Assembly (NCBI GenBank): GCA_020137815.1 | Contig: CM035353.1 | Span: 1,612,001-1,676,000 of the forward strand | Direction: 5' to 3' | Source: Hormiphora californensis | Lineage: Eukaryota; Animalia; Ctenophora | DNA length: 64,000 nucleotides | In this document: in pieces, positions 1 to 10,826 of the stretch | How the letters are laid out: every line of letters begins with the position of its first letter | Position numbering within the stretch: the first letter of the stretch is position 1 | Position numbers and translations under genes: made by a program | Notes under the pieces: model-generated | Database searches by the model: none | What the model saw: the letters and a program-made list of their open reading frames with translations, nothing else | Told to the model about the DNA's origin: nothing

Positions 1-983
1 TGGACATGTTCCTATGGACCGTTAAGGCTAAAAATTGGATATGTGGTGCTCCTAACAATTGTCAAAGTAGCCACAAATTTTCAGGAGGTCCGAATTTGAA
101 ATGTGGCCTACAGGTTTCTTTTTGTAAAGCACATATTTTAGGAAAACTTAAAATGGCTATATCTCAAAAACGGTAGGTCCTAGCCATCTAATTTCGTGCT
201 AAATCGATTCAGCGGGTCCGATTTTGGGGGGGTCGTCTCCTAGACATTTTGCTCTAAGTCTAACCGTTTTTTCAGAAATCGTATTTTAAGAGTTGAACAT
301 GTTTAGCAGAAATAGGTAAGATTAGCTCTAGCTAGAAGCATTTCTGCTAAACATGTTCAACTCTTAAAATACGTTCAACTCTTAAAATACGATTTCTGAA
401 AAAACGGTTAGACTTAGAGCAAAATGTCTAGGAGACGACCCCCCCAAAATCGGACCCGCTGAATCGATTTAGCACGAAATTAGATGGCTAGGACCTACCG
501 TTTTTGAGATATAGCCATTTTAAGTTTTCCTAAAATATGTGCTTTACAAAAAGAAACCTGTAGGCCACATTTCAAATTCGGACCTCCTGAAAATTTGTGG
601 CTACTTTGACAATTGTTAGGAGCACCACATATCCAATTTTTAGCCTTATCGGTCCATAGGAACATGTCCAAATATGGCCTCAAAGTCAAAAAAAGTAAAA
701 TAGTCTCAGACAAAAAATTGAGCTCCATTTCAAAAAATTTCGGTTTGAGCTATACACCTTGGTATCCTCTATGAATCCCTAAATTTTCAGCTTTCTAGCC
801 CTAAAAATAAAATTTAGGGACCTTAAAAACCGGTTTTTAGGGTCAAACTTTGAGGGGCTTTAGCAAAAATATGAATTCGAGTTAAGGGCTAAAATTGCAT
901 ATTTGAGGTCGGCTTGGTATGCCCTACAACCCCATATGGAGAGCTAAGCGGGCACTCGACAAAAATTTTGCCGAGGTGTACCC
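1..983. mobile_element. Foldback non-autonomous DNA transposon (Kolobok-like), left end outside window
   Basis: 1-~313 is the reverse complement of ~340-670. The element ends ...GGTGTACCC|TTAA (TTAA at 984-987), the same terminus as the 25320-26622 element. Confidence 0.75.
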
Positions 984-1339
984 TTAACAGCAGTTAAATT
1001 CCATCTCAAAACTATTCTGTTAGCGTGAATTATATATTACCACGCTTTGTAACTGAAACTACTGCATGCAAAACGTTTTATCTTTTTTTATCTGTTAGTA
1101 ATTTACCGTGCAAAAATAATTTAACTTTGAGATACCCAGCTTGCTATAAAAAAGGATCTAAACCATTGCAAATTGATCACACATTGTCCACTAACTACAA
1201 TATGCATTATTACTTTGTGCAACAATAAATAAAAATAAGCCCCACCAAACTCTCACCCTCACATAAAAGACTCCTGCCACACACGTGACAGTATCACCGG
1301 CCCCCTCCCACGGTCAGTCCTGCGGTCACGTGATACATA

Positions 1340-4300
1340 TTATAATGTCTCCTGATGGCCCCTAAAATCTGAGTGGTCGTCAGCCTGATCGTGATCTTCG
1401 TCCACTAAATCGTCTTCTCTGATATTGCCCTGTAGGTGAAGTGTTTATTAAAAGGGCAGCTCTCTCTCTCTCTCTCTCAGCGTCAGGGTAGCCTGATGAA
1501 GTGCTTATCTCCCTTTAAACTAGCCCTTATAGTAGCCTGTAGCAGCATATACGTTACTGAGATACAAATGCACAGTAGGAGTGGCGGCTTGTCTGCCGTG
1601 ATTCCTATATTCTCTCTAAAACAATACGAGGTTGCTGGTTTAATCCTTGACATTCCATTATGTTGCACTCAATTTTATTACACACACGTCACACACTACT
1701 TAAATGTTCTAACCCTCCTTTACATATTTTGTAAAGACCCTCTCTTGCCGTCGCAATCTCGCGCGGAGAGAGATGGTCGCACGAACAATTTTAGTCACAC
1801 ACACCTGTACAACGTTTACATTTTGTATTTGCTCGGCTAACAATGCCGCTCCAGGGGGTGGTTGCATAGCTCCCGCTTGGTCTAGTACTGCTGTGGGGGG
1901 CAAGTGTGCACAATCGTGTGTTATAAAAAGGGAATAATGTAAAGAAGGCACAAAATGCTATTTATGAGCAAACAAAGTGCCTTGTAAAAGACAAATTAGT
2001 GTGTGAGAGCGATTATAAAATGAACATATAAAAATACCGTTGTTAGCAGGGTTGGGTGGCATGGCTCCAACCGCATCGTGCTTTATCACTTCATTGACTG
2101 GTGCGGCTTCCTTTGCCCCTGGAGCGGGCACTAATGCCTCTGGTATCACCTGTAATGTCGTTGTATTAATTAATGTATCGCCTGCAGTGCCGTTGTATTA
2201 ATTAATGTATCACCTGGAGTGCCATTGTATTAATCATCAAACAGACACCTAACCCTTCTTTATACATGTGTGTGGTGGTGACTGCAGTGGTGCAGATAGG
2301 TTAAATAGCGTGCCAAACTCTGCCCAGTAGGGCAAAACAACATAGTAATGAATGGCTACAGCTTACGACACTAAGAGTGAGGATACCGGAAGCCGGCCAC
2401 TCGAATGATTGAGGAGACCGTTCCAAGTATCAAGTAAGTACTTACCCCGTGTAGTTGTTGTCCTGGTATCTTATCAGGTTGGTCTGGAATGTCGGCCACT
2501 GGCACGCCCTGATCCTTCACAGGGTCTACTGCATTCACATCTGTGGGGGGACACAATGTTAGTGTGTCACGTAGTATAGTGAACCATATTGGTGAAAAGT
2601 ATATTATACACATATATTAATTGTATACATGAATACAGTTTGTCTCATATAAGACCCTCCTCTTAGGGTGAAAATGAAATGTGTGTATAATATACTTTTC
2701 AGTGTTCATGTTCACAGTGCTGTACGCAGATAAATAGCATACTATGTTCATGCAATTTGGTCCAAGCTGTAAGCGGGTGTATAATGTTATAAGAGGTAAA
2801 TATGTTAGGAATTGAATTGGTGGCTGCGAGATATTTATTAGGGATGTTGCATAGCTCTAATATATAATAGCCCCCTTATATCCATGCATGTTGCAAAGCA
2901 CACACCCCGTAATTGGCCCTCTATCATTTCTTCACCTACTGCCTTCCAATCATGTCGATACCACCTGTGACCTGAGGTGAACATTTTACTCAGGAACCGA
3001 CCGAAACAAGTAAACAACCAATCAGAACTCGTTATTTAGGTCACGTGACTGGTTATCAGCCAATCAGCGACAGCCGATCAGTATTTCCTGATTCGGTCGG
3101 TTCCTGCATTTTACTGTTTCACACATGTGTGTATCATATGTATCATGTGTTTCATTGTATCAGAAACCATGATACAACTAAAAAACAGCGGATATTGGTC
3201 AACTTATTGATTCTATTGTGTAGGCACTGCACTGGGCGCAAATATGGATAAAATACTTAGTGTGTATAACGCTAAGATGTGTACTGGATCTCAAGCTGTT
3301 CACAAGGTTCACTACCGTACTAAAACCAGAAAATGAAGTGATATTTGGTAACGAAATTACCCCTCTGTAGAGGGTATTGCGATAGTAAGGTACGTTTTAG
3401 CGTGCTCGAAATGTAGGGGTAATTTTTTTTCACCTCCACGTGGCTAGAAATAGCCACGTGGAGGTGAAAAAAAAATGTAGGGGTAATTGCGTTACCAAAA
3501 GTGATATTGGAACAGTAAACTCTGTACACAGAACCCTCTACTTTCACTTCCTTGTCCTTGTCAGGTTAATTTAGTTTTGGATAAAATATTAATAATAAGT
3601 CTAATTAAGTCTGCCCATCTTTCGCACACCTACAACTCTAATTAATGTGCATGAATTATGTACGTTTGAGTGTGTAAAGCTGTAAAGTGAGGGCTGCTGA
3701 GAAAACGCCACATCATCATCATGATGACTAAACAGGGGGAGGGAGGAGGGGGGCGGGAGCTCTACAATAATAACTGCGTTACATCTGCACACACACACGG
3801 CATCCCTGCCCCATTCTGCATAATACCACACGATCATGACGTCACATTCTGCATAATACCACGATCATGACGTCACATAATACCACGATCATGACGTCAC
3901 ACATGTGCAGAAGGGGATGTGCTTCATGCAATATACCACAAGCCATGCAACTATATACTTACTACTATCATCTCCATCCTCGTTATCGTGTTCCAGACCA
4001 CCAACTAATCGCTCCTTGTCCTTCGCACAGGATATCAAGTTTCCCTCCAAACGGGTGACGTCACTTTTGGACATTTTCAGTTGGTCCCTCAGCTCTCCTG
4101 TCAGTATTTTACAGCTGTCCGCCTCCTCCCGTGCACCCCGTAACTCACCCACCTCAGCTGGACATGGGGTTAGGGGTTATTAGGGGTTATTAGGGAGATG
4201 GGGGGTATCCGTTAGGGGATTTAGAGGGGACAGGAGCTATTGTAACGAGAATTTGTTGATATAGAAGTTTACTACTCATGGGTTAAGGTGATTCATAAGC

Positions 4301-6275
4301 TACTGTTTAAATTACTGATTTACCTTCGAGTTTTTTCACTACTGTCTCCTGTTCTGATTTTAGCTCGCTCAGACTTTTCTCATTTTCTGATTGGGCATCC
4401 TCGATTGACTTGGCATGGTCCTCGGCTTGTTTCTAAACAGGGGGGGGGGGGATAGACCAGTTAGTTGTTACAACACATGTTACAACACATGTTACAACAC
4501 ATGTAACAACACATGTTACAACTGTTACACATGTTACAACTGTTACACATGTTACAATTGTTACACATGTTTGAGCTTCTGCCTAACCGGAATAACGCAC
4601 GTTATGGCCCCATAGTCTTCTGAGCTGTGTGAGACAAACGTAGCACTGGAATTATTCAACAATGAGTAGAGCCCAACACCTCAGCACTCCATGTTACAAC
4701 GCTTTCCTTTATCAGCTCAGATCTTACTTTCTCATATTACTCCTAAATTCTCCTCTTTTTCACCGTTATAATGTCCTTTTTCCCCATTGTCACTTGTACC
4801 ATTAATTGGAACATATTGTTTTGTTCAAACCAAGGTGCGGTGAGGCAGGGTCAAGGTGTAAAATGTGGGCTGGCCTTGCTAATTACTAACGATCTGGTTA
4901 TCTATAATAATAGTCCTCATCCTCGCACAACCCTCACATTTCAATATGTTCCGAACCGCCCTTCTCTTTTCTGTTCTTGTTGGAGCCCTTTTGGCCAGCC
5001 CCGCCTCGGAGCGGCCGAGCAGCGAGGCTCCCTTCTCCAGTGAAGCCCCTTTCTCAAGTGAAGCCCCTTTCTCAAGTGAGGCCCCTTTCTCAAGTGAAGC
5101 CCCTTTCTCAAGTGAAGCCCCTTTCTCAAGTGAGGCCCCTTTCTCCAGCGAGGCCCCTTTCTCAAGTGAGGCCCCATTCTCAAGTGAAGCAGCTAGTGAA
5201 AATGTAACTGAAGACCCGGAATTCTGGTACTAGGGGATGAGAGACGAGAGCGTAAACCGCAGCGTGTATTAATCATTTAATAATTAGTAATAATTCACCT
5301 TGTAAAAACTAACTGTGCTTTGAATTCCACTGTTTCGTTCCTCGAGCGCAACCTTAACTGCAAACAAAACGATCATTAATTAACAAAATTAATTAAATAA
5401 TAAACTCAACTGTGTCGGTATATGGCAGAAAGTTGTTATGTATAACATAAATATTCTAACCCCCCCTTTACAGTTGTAAAGGCGAGGCGCGCGAAAAAGA
5501 GTCTAGCTAGACAGAAAGAGTATTATTATACAGTATAATCATTCTTCGTTCCATGTCGACATTATTTGCATTCTTCTCTCTTCACTAAAACAATATTGCC
5601 GATGTTCCGCCTAATCATCAGAGGAGTATTATATCCTCGACTAAAAAATGTGAACACAATTAGTATAATTAATTAGTACCTTTTTGGCAGGCACTAACAG
5701 CACTTTCCAGCTGCTTCAATCTCCCCGCAAAATCTTCACTTTTCGCAGAGATTTCTGAGATAATATACTGGGTTAGCAAATAAGGAAACACACATAATAG
5801 GAAAATGGAAAAGCAACCGTTTGTCGGTGCAAATATCATAAATTACCAACCTTTTTTAAGATGCTCTACTTGGTTTTCTAGAGCTTTCTTCGCCGTCAAT
5901 AAGGTGTCCTTTTCCTCCGCAGCATTACTTAGATTTCCAAACAAAAGTGCAATAGATGCAAAACAAATCAGGAAGCCAACGACGGCAATAAGCTGAAAAC
6001 AGGTAACACATCATGGGATAGCTATGAAGTCCGTCACACACACGATACACCGGTTATATATAATTAGAAATTAACATGGCTAGCACATAACCTCAATTTT
6101 CTGAGCCTCGATTCAGCGGACTTACACTTCAAAAAAGGGGAGTTACAGGATATGTAAAGAAGCGATGTAAAATGTTACCTAGATATACACATTTGGGTGA
6201 CAAGTCCCACGTTTACTATAAACAGTTGTTATGCATGCCTTAATATCTCACCTTAGAGGAACGTCGGAATGTCAT
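1340..6275 (-). CDS. Spliced type II membrane coiled-coil protein with acidic/Pro-rich tail (GOLM1/GOLM2-like architecture)
   Basis: GT-AG exons chain in frame: 6275-6252 MTFRRSSK; ~5992-5851 LIAVVGFLICFASIALLFG (TM) NLSNAAEEKD...; ~5754-5680; ~5357-5299; ~4432-4324; ~4158-3962 coiled coil; ~2540-2446; ~2149-2038; ~1890-1805; ~1429-1340 GNIREDD...QETL*. The family name is inferred from architecture only. Confidence 0.7.
2991..3106 (+). mobile_element. ~110-bp hAT-like MITE (CAGGAACCGACCGAA TIRs), copy 1
   Basis: TIR CAGGAACCGACCGAA...TTCGGTCGGTTCCTG, flanked by the direct repeat CATTTTACT. Other copies at 13352 and 55298. Confidence 0.85.
3340..3505. mobile_element. Small foldback MITE with perfect internal hairpin
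   Basis: TTTGGTAACGAAATTACCCCT pairs with AGGGGTAATTGCGTTACCAAA. Internal stem TTTTTTTTCACCTCCACGTGGCTA-GAAA-TAGCCACGTGGAGGTGAAAAAAAA. Related motifs near 19596-19662 and 29217. Confidence 0.6.
4465..4570. repeat. Minisatellite (TGTTACAACACA / TGTTACAC variants)
   Basis: Direct tandem copies visible in an intron. Confidence 0.9.
4946..5233 (+). CDS. Small secreted protein: signal peptide, 9x SSEAPF repeat, acidic C-terminus ending DPEFWY; nested antisense in an intron
   Basis: Hydrophobic N-terminus MFRTALLFSVLVGALLA. The 18-bp repeats vary only at synonymous positions (AGC/AGT, GAG/GAA, TCC/TCA, CCC/CCT/CCA). TATAATAA lies ~40 bp upstream. Confidence 0.8.
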   Translation: MFRTALLFSVLVGALLASPASERPSSEAPFSSEAPFSSEAPFSSEAPFSSEAPFSSEAPFSSEAPFSSEAPFSSEAPFSSEAASENVTEDPEFWY

Positions 6276-6429
6276 CAGTGGCGCTCTCCTGTAAATTATG
6301 TGTTCCACAGTGTCGATTAGAAAAATAGAAAACTAATGCTCTTGCATGGTCCTTCTTCACATGTGAAACCGGCAGCTATCAGTGAAGATTTTAGTTAGTT
6401 CAAAGTTCAGGTTAGTTGTACGACTCACT

Positions 6430-6990
6430 GAGATTGTAACGCCAACCCGAACCCTAAAAAGTAAAAACTGTGAGTGCTGATGGCACTCACGGTTTTTAGT
6501 GTTATGGCCAAAGTAGGGTTAGAGTTAGGGTTGGCTTTGGGTTGGCCTTGAAATTTCCCATCGCATAAACTTTGAATTAGCCAAAACGGTTGAGCGGTTT
6601 GGCGCTTAGAGCCATTTTAGTGCAGGTTACTTTTTTGGCAGTGCACACTGCGCACCTGTAAACAGGGCACCAAACACCCAGATCCGAGATCGTATATTTA
6701 ACGCCGCCCGACTAATGAGACTCAAAATGCCCACATTTTCTAAGGGTGCCGTTACGATCTGGGTGTTTCATGGCCTGTTTACAGCTGTGCACTGCCAAAA
6801 AGTTGATTCCCTAAAATGGTTCTAACCGCCAAACCACTCAACCGTTTTGGCTAATTCAAAGTTTATCTGGTAGAAAATGTCAAGGCCTAACTTCAACCCA
6901 AACCTTAACTCTAACCCTATAACCCTACTTTAGCCCTAACCCTAAAAAACCGTTTGACAGCACTCACGAAACACCCAGAATTTAACGCTG
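6430..6990. mobile_element. MITE family with (C)GTTAAAATCTGGGTG-type TIRs and internal telomere-like TTAGGG/CCCTAA runs (two adjacent copies)
   Basis: Shares blocks (GTGAGTGCTGA, AAACTTTGAATTAGCCAAAACGGTTGA, CACCCAGA) with 9401-9660 and 25250-26960, and contains AACCCTAACCCTAA runs. Confidence 0.65.
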
Positions 6991-7030
6991 GCATTTTTTT
7001 AACGTTTCACATTTTTGCTGAAACACATAA

Positions 7031-7297
7031 AGTCGGATTTTTTGAAACTGTCACCCCCCTGGGTATTTTCAAATTTCGTAAATGACCATAAATCCGGTTC
7101 CTGACGAGATAAAGACTTGAAATTTGGAGGTTACGAAGATCTTGCTAAGTTCTTCCGAACCTCCAAATTTCAAGCCTCTCATCATCATCATCACAAAATA
7201 CTTAATATTCCGCTTTATAGCTCTCTATCTCATCAGGAACCGGAGATATGGCAAATTTTGTTATTTCAGGGGGGTGACAGTTTCAAAAAATCCGACT
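7031..7297. mobile_element. Kolobok-like MITE (AG...CT termini)
   Basis: TIR AGTCGGATTTTTTGAAACTGTCACCCCCCTG; flanks are ATAA (left) and TTAA (right). Confidence 0.65.
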
Positions 7298-7301
7298 TTA
7301 A

Positions 7302-7418
7302 AGTGCGTTTCAAACGACTTGACCTGAGATTCCTGGAAATTCGGGATTTCCTCTTTGTAAATACACGCGCAATGCGCCAAATTCCAAGAATTACGGGTCA
7401 AGTCGCTTGAAACGGACT
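7302..7418. mobile_element. Kolobok-like MITE (AG...CT termini, TTAA TSD)
   Basis: TTAA|AGTGCGTTTCAAACGACTTGACC...GGTCAAGTCGCTTGAAACGGACT|TTAA. Shares its left TTAA with the preceding element. Confidence 0.7.
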
Positions 7419-7427
7419 TTAATATAT

Positions 7428-7582
7428 GAGGCCCCTCGGAAATGTTCAAGTCATGCACAATCAAGTCACGCCCACCAATCACAGCGCAGAACGCGTGAAG
7501 CACTCCGCGCGTTCTGAGCTGTGATTGGTGGCCGTGACTTGATAATTGATTGTGCATGACTTGAACATTTCCGAGGGGCCTC
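7428..7582. mobile_element. Palindromic MITE (GAGGCCCCTCGGAAATGTTCAAG TIRs), copy 1
   Basis: Near-perfect self-complementary ~155 bp; second copy at 8847-8986; AT on both flanks. Confidence 0.8.
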
Positions 7583-7628
7583 ATATAATAATAATAATAA
7601 TTTTTTTTTAATTCACTAACCCCAACAC

Positions 7629-8642
7629 GAAAATTCACTAACCCCAACACCGATTGGCATCACTTTCCAACAGCCGAAGAGAAGCTGCCGAAGAGAGAAA
7701 GGGGGTAACCGTATGAAGAGTTAATCGCGATGAGTCTCATTCACATTGGGTTCGATCATTTGCCCCCGGTGTTGGGGTTAGTAATAAATCTTAAAATCAC
7801 TCACACAAATAAATAATAAATCTTACAAATAAAATCTCACACACGATTCAGATATTGAAGTCAATACTACCAAGTCCTACTGGGTTGTATTTAATTCGAC
7901 ATCCCCTCAGAGATCTCAATGTTGCGATCAGCAAGCAGAATCTCAGCCTCCTTCTGATAGCTGCCAAAGCCTCGCTGTACATCTCTCCGTGCTTGTCCTC
8001 GATGTGTCTGGCTGTCTTCTTCATCGCCCTGTCCATTTCTGGGCCAACACCACCTGTTGTTGTAAACACCAGTGGAGAGAAGGTCCCGCCCTCTACAATC
8101 TGTACTCGTCTCATGTAACAAGTCTTCTTGGACTTTTCGTGGTTTTTGTAAAGGGATGATGGCTTGATATTGAGATATGAAGCTGCCATCGGGTGACAGA
8201 CTCTGACATCCATGAAGGACATCTGGTCCGGAGCCCACAATCCCATGCATACGATGTCCATACGGGCATCTCTATCTGTATTTGCCCAGGGATACTGCTG
8301 CATTTCTTGGTCGTAATCCTCACATGGTTGTAGGAGTTTTTCAGTTTCTATAGCCCTGATACCAGCGTAGGATAAGATATCAGCAAAGTTGTCTCTCAGG
8401 CGGTCGTGTCTGTAGATTGTGTAACCACCTTTGTGACAGGACAATGCGTGATCGGCACTGTTACTGGACCCACATGGGCATTTGGCGGGGAGATCAAGAA
8501 ACGGTAACCCAAATCGAAGGTGCATCGCATCGACAAACTCTTGTTTGGTCAGGTGATGTCCATGTGCTTCGATGGGTCTTGCTGTCAACCAAGAGGATGC
8601 CCCAGGCTCTTGGTTAAGTGATTGTAACCGGTTTTCCGTGTC
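7629..8642 (-). mobile_element. 5'-truncated CRE-clade non-LTR retrotransposon (zinc knuckle + restriction-like endonuclease), copy A
   Basis: ORF 7848-8663 has GASSWL, C-x-CG...H-x3-C, RHD, and RMD...DV..HP..SY...E..K (RLE PD-D/ExK) motifs plus F.PLV.TT.GG. Ends in the hairpin module at 7637-7782. Confidence 0.85.
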
Positions 8643-8846
8643 AACCCCAACACCGATTGGCATAATAATAATAATAATATATAATAATATAACAGAGCGA
8701 CTGCGCGGTTCCCCTTTGCAGCGCTTACGGTTAACATTTTAGCCGGCGCTCAATTCAATCAAGTGTGCGGCGCGGCACACAAACAAACCCCTCCGGAATT
8801 GGCGCATTCGGTATTTAAAAAGGATTTGAATTGTTTTTTGTTTTAT

Positions 8847-8986
8847 GAGGCCCTTCGGAAATGTTCAAGTCATGCTCAATCAAGTCACGCCCACCAATCA
8901 CAGCTCAGAACGCGCGGAGTGCTTCTGCGCTGTGATTGGTGGGTGTGACTTGATTGTGCATGACTTGAACATTTCCGAGGGGCCTC
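8847..8986. mobile_element. Palindromic MITE (GAGGCCC TIRs), copy 2
   Basis: Near-identical to 7428-7582. Confidence 0.8.
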
Positions 8987-9400
8987 ATTCAAATCCAACT
9001 TGAAATTTTCAAGTTGAAAACCCACTTCTTCCGGAAGGCATACGAGGGTTAAAAACAATGTGTAAAGACAATTTATATTACGAGAAATGTGATAGAGAGT
9101 TGAAAGAGTTGAGGATCCTGACATAGAGTGTGATACCGTGAGGTTAGAACGACCAGTACTCATTTTACTCACGCTTTCTAAACTGGTCTTTCTTACTAAT
9201 TTATATTTAATACTTATTCTTTTTATGTGACGGATCCCCAGAACTCGGTAAAAAAAGAGCCTGGGTTAAAAAATCAAAAAAATCAACAAAAAAAAAAGAA
9301 AAAAAAAAAAAAAAAAAGTAAAGCAGAAAAGATCCAACAAAAAAAAACAAAAGAAAAAAAAAGACAACAAAAAAGGGGCAAAGAAAAAAGGGGGGCGCGA

Positions 9401-9660
9401 TTATAATCTGGGTGCCTTGCGGCGTGTTTACAGGTGCGCGCTGCCAAAAGAGTATACTTAGACCGACTTTTTTCAAACGGCTATAGCCATGGAACCACAT
9501 GGCCGATTTGAGTAAACTAAACGGTATCAGTTAGAGAATCGATAGCCCTAACCGATAACCCCAAACCAAACCCTAACCAGACCCTAACGGATAGCCCTAA
9601 CCCGTCGCGCGCGCCAAAACTACGAATTGTTAGCAATGAAAGGCACCCAGATTTTAACGT
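9401..9660. mobile_element. MITE with AATCTGGGTGCC TIRs and CCCTAA-like runs
   Basis: TTATAATCTGGGTGCCTT...AAGGCACCCAGATTTTAA; internal AACCCTAACC runs. Confidence 0.6.
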
Positions 9661-9733
9661 TTTCCAAAAAAGGGGGATATAAATTATAAATGGACACCAA
9701 AATTGGGGAAGTGGGTGTGGAATGGTTACAGTG

Positions 9734-10157
9734 AGGTGTGGTGCAGAAGTGTGTGTTGGGCTTTACTTATAGAAGTACAGTCGGTATGGTATGGTGCAGT
9801 GGAGTGTGTTGGGCTTTACTTATAGAAGTACAGTCGGTATGGTGTGGTGCAGTGGAGTGTGTTGGGCTCTACTTACAGAAGTACAGCCAGTATGGTGTAG
9901 TGCAGTGGAGTGTGTTGGACTTTACTTACAGAAGTACAGTCGGTATGGTGTGGTGCAGTGGAGTGTGTTGGGCTTTACTTATAGAGGTACAGTCGGTATG
10001 GTGTGGTACAGTGGAGTGTGTTGGGCTCTACTTACAGAAGTACAGCCAGTATGGTGTAGTGCAGTGGAGTGTGTTGGACTTTACTTACAGAAGTACAGTC
10101 GGTATGGTGTGGTGCAGTGAAGTGTGTTAGGCTTTACTAATAGAAGTACAGCCAGTA
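9734..10157. repeat. 53-bp minisatellite, ~8 units, with a 159-bp higher-order duplication
   Basis: Unit GGTGTGGTGCAGTGGAGTGTGTTGGGCTTTACTTATAGAAGTACAGTCGGTAT; variant units recur 159 bp apart. Confidence 0.9.
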
Positions 10158-10826
10158 AGTTGAGATCTAGCGATGTGAGCCGTGAGCTACCGTGAGGCAT
10201 GCTGTGTATCGTATGGACACAAGTGAGTTTAAGCTAGTATGAATTCTCCCCCGCTCCTTGGTTCTCCTACAGGTGAAGCAGAAGGATCCTCACCCAGGTT
10301 GTATAAGACAGTATCGATTGTTTAAGGGCTAAAGCCCTGGAGCTAAAATATTCATTTCTGGATCTCTAGATCCAAGAGCATATTCTATTAATCTGCAGTA
10401 AGCAGAGACAGTATATTTCATCATCCGATTTAAATATGGTTTAACTAACAAAACTTACCTTCAGAAAATATCTTCTTGAAAAATATCTGGAAATCCTTGG
10501 TATAAAACTAACCGCTTTTGAAACGAGAGTTAGTGAGACGAAGTCCGCACCAAGTGATGCTAGTAGTCAAGACCTAACAGAACTCGTGTTGTTCTTTAAA
10601 ATATGGACAATGAAAAGCGGACAATAAATGTATATTTGTATTTGTATTTGTATTTGTATAACCCCTTTTTGCGTTAAACTCCACTGGACACCCCCTGAAG
10701 AATGTAGAGAATTCAAATTTGGTTGTTAGGAGTTCTGCATAACCTTCAAATTTGAATTCCTTTTTTTCAGCTGCTCAGTCCCCCTTCCTTAAATAAGTTT
10801 ACTCGTCCCCTGTAGGCTGCATCAGC

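Noticed and set aside
6480-6950. True telomere or chromosome fusion site
   Set aside because: The TTAGGG runs are short, degenerate and embedded in a dispersed TIR element.
9738-10130. CRISPR-like or coding repeat
   Set aside because: Contiguous 53-bp tandem units with no unique spacers and no cas genes, in a eukaryotic context.
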